From sequence record ON286975: a stretch of DNA of 64,000 nucleotides; one strand, given 5' to 3'. Numbering within the stretch: position 1 is the first letter of the stretch; each line of letters begins with the position of its first letter. Source of the DNA: Escherichia phage I29. Positions 38,045 through 47,655 of the stretch are shown here, one piece after another. A model generated the notes under the pieces. That model saw only the letters and a program-made list of their open reading frames with translations, was not told the origin of the DNA and did not search any database. The position numbers were made by a program, and so were the translations under genes.

Positions 38045-38352
38045 GGTGGATTATGTCTACAAAGGCGGCTAAATACTCTTACATGCCATCAACCTCTGCA
38101 GAGGTAGACTTTAGTTTCGATGTGTTTCCACTGTTTGAGGTGGTTCTGGCATACCCAACAATACTATCTACTCCTGAATCACTTGTGCCTGTTAAGTTGC
38201 AGAACGCTATGCATTCTATGCACTACAACAATAAATGTAGGCACAGATGGTGTCAGGACGAGGAAAAAGATTTGGATAGTTTGAGAGATTTTGACAGTCA
38301 CCTTTTGACACCTTTCAGCTACTCCAACCTTGATAAGCCCTCATGGGTATAG
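38041..38352 (+). CDS. hypothetical protein
   Basis: ATGA-coupled ORF. Confidence 0.4.
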   Translation: MRWIMSTKAAKYSYMPSTSAEVDFSFDVFPLFEVVLAYPTILSTPESLVPVKLQNAMHSMHYNNKCRHRWCQDEEKDLDSLRDFDSHLLTPFSYSNLDKPSWV

Positions 38353-38376
38353 CAAAATATCAAATTTAAGACACCT

Positions 38377-38404
38377 AGGACGCTCTGTGGCGTCCTTTTC
38401 TTTA
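38377..38404 (+). terminator. intrinsic terminator
   Basis: aggacgc-tctgtg-gcgtcct then ttttctttatc. Confidence 0.6.
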
Positions 38405-38565
38405 TCTGGTGCACGATTGCATACCTTGGACAGATAATCTCATTACAGAGCGTTTAAGAGCTTCCTACAAACAAATCTCTCTTTCGAGCGTAGCGAGAAC
38501 GCACGTCCGTTTTGACCCAAATCACCATACGCTCGGATTTTAACCAAACCCTCGCGGCGTTTCTG

Positions 38566-38594
38566 TTGACACATTACCGATCCAGTGATAGTAT
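38566..38594 (+). promoter_or_regulatory. sigma70-like promoter
   Basis: TTGACA-17-TAGTAT, upstream of a 29-aa hydrophobic ORF at about 38627-38716. Confidence 0.5.
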
Positions 38595-39045
38595 CCACAC
38601 ATAGTTTGTAGAATATGGAGTACACAATGAGAACATTGTCCGAAGTTTTAGTGGTGATCCTGATGATCATTACGTCCATAGCGGCTGTTGCCGGAATACT
38701 CACGGGTGGAACATGATAAACACACATGCATCTGAAGAGACATCCAAAGGAGTGACTATATGTCCCTTGGCTGAGCCAGTGAAAGAGGAAAACTTAGATT
38801 CTGAAGATTCTCCATCTTCGCTCCAGGTAGATCCTGAGGCTGATGACCTAACGTGGGAAGACATCGTAGACATCTGGTTCTCCATTATGCCTGAGCACGA
38901 AGAGTTCAGAGGTGGTAGACTATGAAGCACCGAGCCCACACAGGTTCCTCATGCTAAAGCATGGCCTGAAGAGGCAAACGTGCATAATTCCTGTGCATTG
39001 TGACGTATAAAACCCGTTCACACTCTCATTTCCAGAGGAGATTTT

Positions 39046-39261
39046 ATGAAGATAGAAATATTTGGTGGAGCTGACAACACTCGTGGCCTGATTTACCTGG
39101 AATTCGATGAATCATACCTGCCAGAGGTGTTAAATATAGACTCTGTTGCTGAGGCTTTGGGAGTAAACCCTAAAGAACTCCACTCTTGTGCTGAGATCGA
39201 TGGTTGGGAAGAGACCATGAACATTGATTTCAGTGAAGTAGAGGATGAACCGCTGGACTGA
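39046..39261 (+). CDS. small acidic protein, last gene of the rightward arm
   Basis: MKIEIFGG start, GGAG RBS. Confidence 0.45.
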   Translation: MKIEIFGGADNTRGLIYLEFDESYLPEVLNIDSVAEALGVNPKELHSCAEIDGWEETMNIDFSEVEDEPLD

Positions 39262-39388
39262 CACACAATTAGCTGCCCGACTAAAGGGCTGGAAGCACCT
39301 ATAACACATCTTTCAACTAAATTTCCTACCACCACAATCACTTACCTCCCACACATGACTGTTTGCTTGTTTAGTGAGCAGTCATGCC

Positions 39389-39416
39389 TTGACATTCTTG
39401 CCTATCCTGATAAAAT
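39389..39416 (+). promoter_or_regulatory. sigma70-like promoter facing a non-coding region
   Basis: TTGACA-16-TAAAAT just after an 8-bp-stem hairpin (catgactg...cagtcatg); no convincing ORF downstream. Confidence 0.45.
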
Positions 39417-39894
39417 TAAGTTCTTCTCTTTTCTTTTACCGAGTAATTCGGGTTTTCTGTTCTCTTCGGTTTGAAGGGGTATGGAGATACACCTGAGTGA
39501 ACAGGGTGAACAACCGAACATTTGGCTATGGCATTAGCATGGCGAAGCGGACGGGTGACGAAAGAGGGGCCGGAGGACACCAGTCACTGCCATATGATAT
39601 ATGGGTGATAACCTGAAGAGTCTGAATAAGTGTTTAAGTACCAGTCAGAGGAAAAGGTGAATGGTAGCCGAAGGGGGAGGGGGGTTTCTTGTATCTTTAA
39701 TTTGTATATTATGTATACACTCGTAAACCAATCTCATCTGAATCTGTTTACCACACAAAGTAGATAGGGACAAATATCACCTATTAAACTTGAATTATTT
39801 ATAGAAAATACCACAACACCACTTAAGTCTTTGATTTTACACACAAATTCTACAGATATTCAACCTCCATATTTAACATACTTGTAACATATTC

Positions 39895-40440
39895 CATACT
39901 CTACCTGTCTGATCAATTTCCCCAACCACATCCTCCATATTTTCCCTGTCTGTACTACCCCTGCCCCGCCGTGAGTCCCGTCATATCTGGCTTTCCAGCA
40001 AATATCACACCCACAAATATCATTGCCTGAAGAGGGTTTCATCTCATAATATATGCCTTACCTGAAGAGCGCTTCATACACCACGTAATTTTTTTTTTAA
40101 TTGACCCCCTCCCCGCCGCTGGAGAGGTTGGCTTTTCCCACACAGACCTGAAGAGTCAGCCAGAAATATCTGAACAGGCCCAATTCTACCACGATTTTGA
40201 CCTGACCTACAGGAGTGCTGCCAGGCGGACGAAATGGGAATCATTCTCATTCTTATAACAATTCTCAAATATCGAGGCAGTGAGGCAAATTAATAGGTGA
40301 GGCCGTTCACACAATGGCACAACATTTGCAACCTATCTTGTGGGAGTGAATGAGAATACCTATCATTGTGAGAATAGTTATCATTACGGGCAATTTAACA
40401 TAATACCCATTATGCGCACCGCTGGTGATACATACAGGGA
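39895..40440. repeat. direct repeat copy 1 (546 bp)
   Basis: Identical to 40489-41034 as far as compared; track ORFs inside the two copies translate identically. Confidence 0.85.
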
Positions 40441-40543
40441 AAATATGGAGGATGTGGTTGGGGAAATTGATCAGACAGGTAGAGTATGCATACTCTACCT
40501 GTCTGATCAATTTCCCCAACCACATCCTCCATATTTTCCCTGT
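40434..40543. repeat. 110-bp perfect palindrome at the junction of the two repeat copies
   Basis: 40441-40488 is the exact reverse complement of 40489-40536, and the match extends 7 bp further on each side; centre gtatg|catac. Confidence 0.85.
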
Positions 40544-41034
40544 CTGTACTACCCCTGCCCCGCCGTGAGTCCCGTCATATCTGGCTTTCCAGCAAATATC
40601 ACACCCACAAATATCATTGCCTGAAGAGGGTTTCATCTCATAATATATGCCTTACCTGAAGAGCGCTTCATACACCACGTAATTTTTTTTTTAATTGACC
40701 CCCTCCCCGCCGCTGGAGAGGTTGGCTTTTCCCACACAGACCTGAAGAGTCAGCCAGAAATATCTGAACAGGCCCAATTCTACCACGATTTTGACCTGAC
40801 CTACAGGAGTGCTGCCAGGCGGACGAAATGGGAATCATTCTCATTCTTATAACAATTCTCAAATATCGAGGCAGTGAGGCAAATTAATAGGTGAGGCCGT
40901 TCACACAATGGCACAACATTTGCAACCTATCTTGTGGGAGTGAATGAGAATACCTATCATTGTGAGAATAGTTATCATTACGGGCAATTTAACATAATAC
41001 CCATTATGCGCACCGCTGGTGATACATACAGGGA
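40489..41034. repeat. direct repeat copy 2 (546 bp)
   Basis: Period 594 bp relative to copy 1. Confidence 0.85.
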
Positions 41035-41325
41035 TTGATAACATGAGTTACAGTTTACACACATAACAATTATATTTCTTACTATTTGTGTGGGATATAG
41101 TTAGCAACCAATAGATTAGATATTGACCTGTAGACTTCCAACCGTCTAGACGTCTAAACGCCCACACAACAAGGCTTATACATACACAACTGAATGTAAA
41201 CAGGGCCGCAAAAATGCTACCATACCAGATTGTAAATTTTCATGCAGCACTTGACAAAGAGGAGAAAAACTTGTCTGACATAATGGTGACACTGAACATA
41301 ATTGACATGCCTGACTGTTTACGCT

Positions 41326-41420
41326 ATCACTATTCACTCCCTTTACTGTTTACATTCTCAATAGTTTACATGTCTAATAGTTTACATAGCTAACTGTTCA
41401 CGCATAGATTGTTTACTCAA
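41326..41420. repeat. iteron-like array of GTTTACA motifs at ~17-bp spacing
   Basis: ctgtttacat, aatagtttacatg, aatagtttacata, actgttcacg, gattgtttactc; further copies in both orientations across 41050-41930. Confidence 0.6.
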
Positions 41421-41491
41421 AAATGATAAGCCATGCCATTCGTTTGCATGATAAAGATTAGCAAGTTAATAATCTTTCGCTGGCTATGCCA

Positions 41492-41709
41492 GGTGACTAG
41501 GTCACCCCTTCGGGCGTTCCTATGACATAATATAAAAGCAGGGCAACTATTAGCAGATCTATAGTTGCCTTGCTTGTTATGTCATGATTAACTAAATACA
41601 AGGCAACTATGATCTGATTAATAGATTGCAGACAAACTATCACGGGGGTGATGGTTACTGCTTTTATATTATGTCGCGACTCCGTCGCGCCATGCCATTC
41701 GTTTGCATA
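41492..41709. repeat. nested inverted and direct repeats
   Basis: 18-bp inverted arms gacataatataaaagcag / ctgcttttatattatgtc; palindromes ggtgactaggtcacc, ggcaactat...atagttgcc, cgcgactccgtcgcg; flanked by direct repeats of ccatgccattcgtttgcat at 41431 and 41691. Confidence 0.7.
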
Positions 41710-42320
41710 GTTGCCTTATTGTTACAGATAAAATAATTGTATTGTTAATTATTTCTTATCTTTCTCTTAGTCATCTAATGATTCCAGTCAGTATAGTAAT
41801 GTACAGTAAACATTAGACGACTAAAGATTTCTCTGTTTATGATAACTCACCGTGATAATTTCAGACTGTTTACGAAAAATGTTGACACCTAAGCTGATTT
41901 ATGCTATGCAGTTTACACGAATAATTATTTTATGCAGGTATTGACTATTCCGTTATTCTATGGTTGGAATAAATACTTAGTAGGCTATAGAATGGCGAGC
42001 GTACGTAAATTCTGAGATCTGGCGGCTATAGTTATACTCGATTTTTCACGTAGAACACGCTTTTGTGGTTATGTAAGTGTATGACTTATAAAGATTTTTA
42101 GTTGTTGACAAGATACTGAAGATGTGCATCAGGTTAAATTTTATGCAATAGCTGCATTACGTGCAATTTTGGAAGGAAAAACGTGTAAAAATGGCCCTGC
42201 TACCACACAATGAAAGATTATGCAATAGCTATTTTACATGTATATTTGTACAGTGTGTGGGATTGATGGCTAGTCAATTATTCCACTTGCCAGGTAGGGC
42301 CGTTTATGGTAGGAGAAGAG

Positions 42321-42352
42321 CAGACAAAAAGAAAGGGGCCTTTAAGCCCCTT
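42321..42352 (-). terminator. intrinsic terminator ending the leftward arm
   Basis: aaggggc-ctttaa-gcccctt hairpin with a U-tract on the minus strand. Confidence 0.6.
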
Positions 42353-42370
42353 GATAATTCAGTTAAGAAA

Positions 42371-42790
42371 TTATAATGATTCGTATATTTCAAAAATCCG
42401 ATTTGCCAGGTCGTTACGGTAGCGGAATTTTTCCTCACGTTTGATCATCAGATCTTTAAAGCCATATTCTTTAAGCACTTCATTAACTTTATGGCGGCAC
42501 ACCTTCATATTATCTTGAGCGTCACCAATAAACTTGTTGCTGTGGTGCATTGCTTTAATTTCTTCTTCCAGGACCAGGGCAACTACCCGGACCGGATCAA
42601 GCTGGTAGGCGGTAACATCGATGCGGCATTGTAGACGGCTTTTAACGTCTGCCACCGGATATACTGCAACCTCTTCCCCGTCAACATTGACAATAACTAG
42701 TTTACCATCGATTTCGAATCCTTTCGCCGCCGGACCGTGACAAAAAGCGTTATCAAAGCTATATGCCGGATTATTAGATTTAATGTTCAT
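42371..42790 (-). CDS. hypothetical protein
   Basis: ORF in arm orientation, AGAGG RBS. Confidence 0.45.
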   Translation of the reverse strand: MNIKSNNPAYSFDNAFCHGPAAKGFEIDGKLVIVNVDGEEVAVYPVADVKSRLQCRIDVTAYQLDPVRVVALVLEEEIKAMHHSNKFIGDAQDNMKVCRHKVNEVLKEYGFKDLMIKREEKFRYRNDLANRIFEIYESL

Positions 42791-42934
42791 GGTGTTTTTA
42801 CCTCTTAGTTAATTTTCTTACAACTTCCCTTCAAAAAAGAATATAGCAAAACTGCCGATCCCTGTCAACCAAGGATGGCATAATTTTTATGTGATCAAGG
42901 GGCTTTATTGCCCCTGACCATGTAACTTGTTGTA

Positions 42935-43198
42935 TTATTTGTTATTCATCCAGTTTTCCCAAGCTGCCTGATAATCTGCCTCACTGCGGCGGATCTCTTC
43001 TTGCTCTTCAAGCCGGATCTCTTCTTCCAGGTACCCCAAGATATCGGCTTTTTTGGTCTGGCGTAACATCCAATCATCTTTTTTGCGAGTGAAGATCTTA
43101 TAAGCTTTCTCGCAAACCTCTTTTTTGCTACCTTTCTGGACTTCAAGAACACGATAAGCCATATATTGAACTAATTTGAGCTGATCAAGACGTTTCAT
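42935..43198 (-). CDS. hypothetical protein
   Basis: AAGAGG RBS, upstream hairpin. Confidence 0.45.
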   Translation of the reverse strand: MKRLDQLKLVQYMAYRVLEVQKGSKKEVCEKAYKIFTRKKDDWMLRQTKKADILGYLEEEIRLEEQEEIRRSEADYQAAWENWMNNK

Positions 43199-43260
43199 GA
43201 TGTTTTTCCTCTTTATGTGGTTTTTGTTTAGTGGGCCTTTTGGCCCGTGTCATTATCTTA

Positions 43261-43533
43261 TTACTTACGGCGGCAGAATTCAAGCGTTTTTAATTGATAA
43301 TCTTCCTCAGCCTGGAGTACAACCGCCTCGATCATTTCGTTGGCATTGTTGAAGCCATATCCTTTAGCGAATTCATCCGCACCACCTTCGTGATCATGTT
43401 CTGCGTTCATCGCTTCCACAAAATGGAATTCAAGATTATTGAGGTAGGGGCTTGATGTTCCGTCCTCTTTTTCAATGAGATCCCAAATAGCATTAAAACG
43501 TGATTCGACTTCTTGGTTAATCCAACTTGACAC
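43261..43533 (-). CDS. hypothetical acidic protein
   Basis: GTG start with AGAGAGG RBS; promoter TTGACA-17-TAACAT at ~43585-43613 and 5'-UTR hairpin. Confidence 0.45.
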   Translation of the reverse strand: MSSWINQEVESRFNAIWDLIEKEDGTSSPYLNNLEFHFVEAMNAEHDHEGGADEFAKGYGFNNANEMIEAVVLQAEEDYQLKTLEFCRRK

Positions 43534-43747
43534 GGCGTTTTCCTCTCTTCTGGTTGTGTGGGCACTTTTGCCCTTTCAAGATAAATGTTACCTCACCCCA
43601 TGGCAGATGTCAACGGTTTTTATAGTTCTTATATGACAGGCAGGCCCGGTGATTGTCTCCCCCTGTTCCCAAGTGCCGCCCGTTTAATAAGAATAGCAAA
43701 AGGGGCCGAACAAGTCAACCCCAAAATCAGTACCAAAACACTTTTAT

Positions 43748-44059
43748 TTATACGGTCCGATCATTGGCCTTTGTCCAGGACCTGGCGATCCGTTTCCCGG
43801 TCACCTGGAACGGAGGCTGCATTGTGTGTAATGAGTCCAGCGTAAGGGAGGACCGTTTACGGCGTATCTTCAGGATCGCTAACGTATTGTCCATCTCACG
43901 GCCAGGTCCTGGGCGGTATGGTGTGCCTCCAGCGTTAAGGTTGATGATCTCATGTATTGAGATCCGGCGTTGTTTTGCTTCCGCATCTTTGAAGATAGCC
44001 AGCGGAGGCGCTATGCGTTGCCGATACCAATCTAAAACGGTTGGCGTAATAGCGATCAT
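43748..44059 (-). CDS. hypothetical protein
   Basis: ORF coupled to upstream stop; weak. Confidence 0.3.
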   Translation of the reverse strand: MIAITPTVLDWYRQRIAPPLAIFKDAEAKQRRISIHEIINLNAGGTPYRPGPGREMDNTLAILKIRRKRSSLTLDSLHTMQPPFQVTGKRIARSWTKANDRTV

Positions 44060-44247
44060 ATTTTACCCCCTATGTAGTCCGGTCGGTTTTTCTCTGTCAT
44101 GCGCTTTAGCAATTCTTGAATAATCCCTATTGCGGTCAATGTCTCATCTTCACGCTTTGAGTCAACATAATCAGGATCGTTTATAACTTTTGTCTGATTA
44201 TGATATCTCAATACCGCCAACACTTTTACAGCTTCATCAGTGGTCAT
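44056..44247 (-). CDS. hypothetical protein
   Basis: ORF in arm orientation. Confidence 0.35.
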   Translation of the reverse strand: MTTDEAVKVLAVLRYHNQTKVINDPDYVDSKREDETLTAIGIIQELLKRMTEKNRPDYIGGKI

Positions 44248-44392
44248 TATCGCACCTAAAACAGTAAGTTAATATATAACACCAGATCGCTGACCACTAG
44301 AACAGCACGGATCAGCACATACCTAACCATAAGGGGAAAGAGCGCCAATATTGCCACCACAATCCCAAAGGTGATGATTATCTTTCTCATGG

Positions 44393-44677
44393 TTAACGGT
44401 TTACGTAAGCTTTACCGTTTACGGTGATGGGCAAATCTTCCAGGTCTGGATCTTCCTTAAGGTCGCGAGCAAGCTCACCGCACCGGACACCCTCGAATCC
44501 GTAGTACTCTGTTGTGCCGTCCTTAAAAGTTTTAGCGGCAAGGCATAAGCGATAAGTAACCCCGATTCGATTGACGGCATGAATATCCGTTAGATTAACC
44601 TCTTTTGCCAGCTCTTTAGCCATTACAGGCGCATTAAGTCCAACAACCAGGGCAACCACTGCGATCATCTTTTTCAT
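44393..44677 (-). CDS. small secreted/periplasmic protein
   Basis: Signal peptide MKKMIAVVALVVGLNAPVMA. Confidence 0.5.
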   Translation of the reverse strand: MKKMIAVVALVVGLNAPVMAKELAKEVNLTDIHAVNRIGVTYRLCLAAKTFKDGTTEYYGFEGVRCGELARDLKEDPDLEDLPITVNGKAYVNR

Positions 44678-44768
44678 TGTGTCTATCCTCTTTCTGCTAC
44701 GTTTAAGGCGGCGGTAACCGTCTGTTTATGCCTTGTTGGTTAATTTTCGGGTATCGGTATAAATTAAA

Positions 44769-44984
44769 CTATGCTGTACGCTCAACTATAACAACGGTTT
44801 GAGGGATCTCACCTTCCACCACTATCAAGGCTTTTTTCTGCGTGATGGATATCTTTACCCGTTGCAGCGTGGCGGTGAAGTCTTTCATTTCGTCACGTGG
44901 TGTTTTAGTGCAATACCAGATCTCAGGCTTGCCGATCTGCAAGTTGCGTAAAAATTCTGTTTTGCCTGTTTTGTTAGTGATCAT
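44769..44984 (-). CDS. hypothetical protein
   Basis: ORF in arm orientation. Confidence 0.4.
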   Translation of the reverse strand: MITNKTGKTEFLRNLQIGKPEIWYCTKTPRDEMKDFTATLQRVKISITQKKALIVVEGEIPQTVVIVERTA

Positions 44985-44993
44985 TTGCCAACC

Positions 44994-45098
44994 TCACCCG
45001 ATACCGTTGGAAGATAAGATCACATTAGCCATGGTTGCAATCAGGCCAATACCCAGGGCAATAACCAGGATCACCGCATCAATTAATTTCTGTTTCAT
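44994..45098 (-). CDS. small hydrophobic peptide (34 aa)
   Basis: AGAGGAAAA RBS; single predicted transmembrane helix; below ORF-track cut-off. Confidence 0.4.
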   Translation of the reverse strand: MKQKLIDAVILVIALGIGLIATMANVILSSNGIG

Positions 45099-45187
45099 TT
45101 TGTTTTCCTCTTCTTGTTCCAGGTGGCGGACCATTCCACCGCCTTATGTATTATGCTTTGTAAGATGGTTGTTTGTTTTCAAACTAT

Positions 45188-45368
45188 TTTAACGATAATC
45201 ATCGTACGCTTTATTAACCTGGCGAATATAACATTCAAAAGCCAGATCAATAGATTTATATTCACGGATATACTCACCATAGGAAACCACATACATTTCT
45301 ATAGCTTCCTCATATGCGAGGAGAATAGAATCCAAGCCTACGATCTCAGTCTTTGCAATAATAGCCAT
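45188..45368 (-). CDS. hypothetical small protein (59 aa)
   Basis: AAGAGGATAAAA RBS; own promoter and 5'-UTR hairpin. Confidence 0.4.
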
Positions 45369-45415
45369 GATTTTTATCCTCTTTGTGGTTGGTGGGGCTT
45401 GCCCCTTTGATTTAT

Positions 45416-45443
45416 ATACTACAGTCTTATATGGTCATGTCAA
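45416..45443 (-). promoter_or_regulatory. sigma70-like promoter
   Basis: TTGACA-16-TAGTAT on the minus strand. Confidence 0.5.
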
Positions 45444-45673
45444 CTATTTTCAAAAAATTTTTCTGCTGTGATATTTTTCCCGGTAGGATTGGCTACTTTT
45501 AAAATTCTATCATGCACCGGACGCCCGAAAGAATAAGATCCGTATACAGTAAACCAATAATCGCCGTCAGGTTGTACTATTACCGCCGCATATGGTACGC
45601 CTTTTTCGTTTTTGCTGACAAAATAGATCACATTGCCATTAATAGCCTCAGCGCGTTTAATTTGTTCCATCAT
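45440..45673 (-). CDS. hypothetical protein
   Basis: ORF in arm orientation. Confidence 0.4.
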   Translation of the reverse strand: MMEQIKRAEAINGNVIYFVSKNEKGVPYAAVIVQPDGDYWFTVYGSYSFGRPVHDRILKVANPTGKNITAEKFFENS

Positions 45674-45727
45674 GATGATTTACCTCTCTTTATTTTCATA
45701 ATTGGGGCCTTTTCGGCCCCGCCAGGT

Positions 45728-46012
45728 TTATTTATTGATAGCGTGCAGCGGGAAAGGTACGCCAGGTTGATAGATAACTTTTACAACCTCATCAGGGCAA
45801 AAGAAATTGCAGAATTCACCCTGATAAGCCTCATCCTCTTTTAATTCTTCATCAACATACTGGAAAAAGTAGTCAATGCTTGGATAATCCTGACCGGGAT
45901 TATATTCAACCATGGTTAATAACAATTCTTGATCATTCCGTACGATATGCATACCAGCTTTTAAGTATTTGGCTTCCATTTCTACTACATCGCCAACGGT
46001 AACAATAGCCAT
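45728..46012 (-). CDS. hypothetical acidic protein
   Basis: ORF in arm orientation. Confidence 0.4.
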   Translation of the reverse strand: MAIVTVGDVVEMEAKYLKAGMHIVRNDQELLLTMVEYNPGQDYPSIDYFFQYVDEELKEDEAYQGEFCNFFCPDEVVKVIYQPGVPFPLHAINK

Positions 46013-46217
46013 GGTTTTAACTCCTATCTATCCGGTTAATGATTGGAGGCCTCACCGCCCCCGACACCCTTTATTATCCATATTGTAGGACTTGATGCAA
46101 GTACTTCTTTAAAAATTTTTTAAGCGCCTTGGGGGCCGCTGTAACGCCAAAATAATAAAGGCTATGCAACCGCATAGCCTTTATGTGATTATATCGCTGC
46201 AGGCCCTGCCAGGGGCC

Positions 46218-46568
46218 TTATTTTGCATTCTTTCCTATATTGCCGCTACGGTACCAGCGTTTACGGTGAAAATGGTAATAATCACCATCGGCATTAAACA
46301 TCAGATGATTTTCAATAACCAGCTTACGAAGGTGGGCCGGATCTTGTTCCATTCTTGCCAGATTCTGGCGGCTGTTACGTAAGCGGATAAATTCCATATT
46401 CAGGCCGTTGATTGCAGCATGGATGTCAAAGTAACCACCTTTGAGACGTTCACGCATGGCGTTAAGCTCAACACAATATACAGATTTCTCACAAATCAAG
46501 GTATTAGCCAGGGCGCGGACCTGGGCAAGGGGGTTAAGCTCATTAAGGTAATATAGTTTTACTTTCAT
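46218..46568 (-). CDS. hypothetical protein
   Basis: ORF in arm orientation. Confidence 0.4.
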   Translation of the reverse strand: MKVKLYYLNELNPLAQVRALANTLICEKSVYCVELNAMRERLKGGYFDIHAAINGLNMEFIRLRNSRQNLARMEQDPAHLRKLVIENHLMFNADGDYYHFHRKRWYRSGNIGKNAK

Positions 46569-46585
46569 AAAATCACCTGCTGAAA

Positions 46586-46891
46586 TTAGTTTGAGAAAAC
46601 ATCGTTCACAATAGCGATCACAATGCCGCCCACCTTGTCACGGTCAACAATGCACAAATCACCATAGATCATGTGGTAGTCTGGATGATCTTTGACGGAA
46701 TAGTCGATAAGTGTTTTCTTGTCATCCAGCTTACTAACTTCCATTCTCATAACGATATGAGAATCATCAAAGGCATTATTCCGAAAAGTCATAACCTGAC
46801 CGCCAGGGCACCCGGTGATTTCCACCTCCACGCCGTCTACGATCTGACCATCAAAGAAATAAAGATTATTAGCCTGGATAAACATGATCAT
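46586..46891 (-). CDS. hypothetical protein
   Basis: Start at MIMFIQ after AAAGGAG RBS. Confidence 0.4.
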   Translation of the reverse strand: MIMFIQANNLYFFDGQIVDGVEVEITGCPGGQVMTFRNNAFDDSHIVMRMEVSKLDDKKTLIDYSVKDHPDYHMIYGDLCIVDRDKVGGIVIAIVNDVFSN

Positions 46892-46930
46892 TACTCCTTT
46901 TTGCACTGATTATTTTAACAGGGTTTAAAT

Positions 46931-46974
46931 TTACTTTATTGATGGCCCTGGAGTCAAGGCCATCTAAAAATAAA
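46931..46974 (-). promoter_or_regulatory. conserved 44-bp promoter/palindrome element, copy 1
   Basis: Minus strand TTGACT-18-TAAATT with embedded palindrome gatggcc...ggccatc. Confidence 0.5.
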
Positions 46975-46976
46975 TT

Positions 46977-47177
46977 TTACAGGCCTACAATCTCTTTAAT
47001 TCGTTTTACTGCTGCCTCAGCGCCTTGAGGGTAAAAATTATGGTAACCAATCACGCGAGTGATACTAATCGCCGTTTGATGATCTTCATAATCACCTTTA
47101 AAGATTTCTTGACCGTCAATCAGCACGGCAATTTTTTCTTCTTTTTTGAAGTTAATAACGCGGATATTGTTGCTCAT
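46977..47177 (-). CDS. hypothetical protein
   Basis: ORF with promoter TTGCAA-18-TAATAT and 5'-UTR hairpin. Confidence 0.4.
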   Translation of the reverse strand: MSNNIRVINFKKEEKIAVLIDGQEIFKGDYEDHQTAISITRVIGYHNFYPQGAEAAVKRIKEIVGL

Positions 47178-47279
47178 TTTGTTTCTCCTTTTGGAACTTT
47201 GTCTATGCGGTGGGGAGTGTCTCCCCGTTGATTGATATTATCCATATTCTGGATCGGATTGCAACACTCAGGGAGAAAA

Positions 47280-47312
47280 AATTTGAAAAGTTAGGCCCCA
47301 GGGATCGGGGCC
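47280..47312 (-). terminator. terminator-like hairpin
   Basis: ggcccc-agggatc-ggggcc with U-rich tail on the minus strand. Confidence 0.4.
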
Positions 47313-47655
47313 GTTATCAGTTACTTACAGCGATAAAATACATCCCTACGCCTAACAATATTTCAAGGGCGATGATCTCAAGCCATACCATAACACGGCG
47401 CGCCTTATCGGTGCGGGGCTTATCCTTGGGTGTCATCGTCTCCCCCTTTCCTCCTGTTAGCAGTGACGTGGTTTGCAATGGCCCCCAGGAGTATTATCAC
47501 CACGCACATTACAAGAAAAATTATCTCTGTCGTTGTTCGATCCATTGTTATAAAATTCCTTAAGATCAGGCCTGAAAATAAAGCTTTCGTTATTGAATCC
47601 ATCCCGCCAGGCGGCTGGCTTCAAATCTTCACTAAAGGGGTTAATTAACGTGGCA

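Noticed and set aside
38443-38727. Minus-strand ORF in the rightward arm
   Set aside because: Overlaps a plus-strand promoter and small ORF, no RBS, wrong orientation for the arm
28071-39261. HPF-like identity for the other small ORFs beginning MKIEIT/MKVEIT
   Set aside because: Only the N-terminal few residues resemble HPF; the downstream conserved HPF blocks are present only in 33447-33764
39860-40862. Track ORFs inside the direct repeats (39860-40042, 40074-40268, 40307-40636, 40668-40862)
   Set aside because: They are duplicated copies lying in non-coding repeat DNA, lack RBS, are opposite to the local transcription direction and have low-complexity composition; treated as artefacts of the repeat
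42161-42376. Plus-strand 71-aa ORF at the edge of the non-coding region
   Set aside because: Runs through the minus-arm terminator hairpin, no RBS
43585-44123. Plus-strand ORFs in the leftward arm (for example 43653-44123, 47210-47563, 54917-55402, 57711-58055, 59882-60352, 61437-61799)
   Set aside because: Antisense to a continuous run of minus-strand genes with RBS and promoters; most likely shadow ORFs
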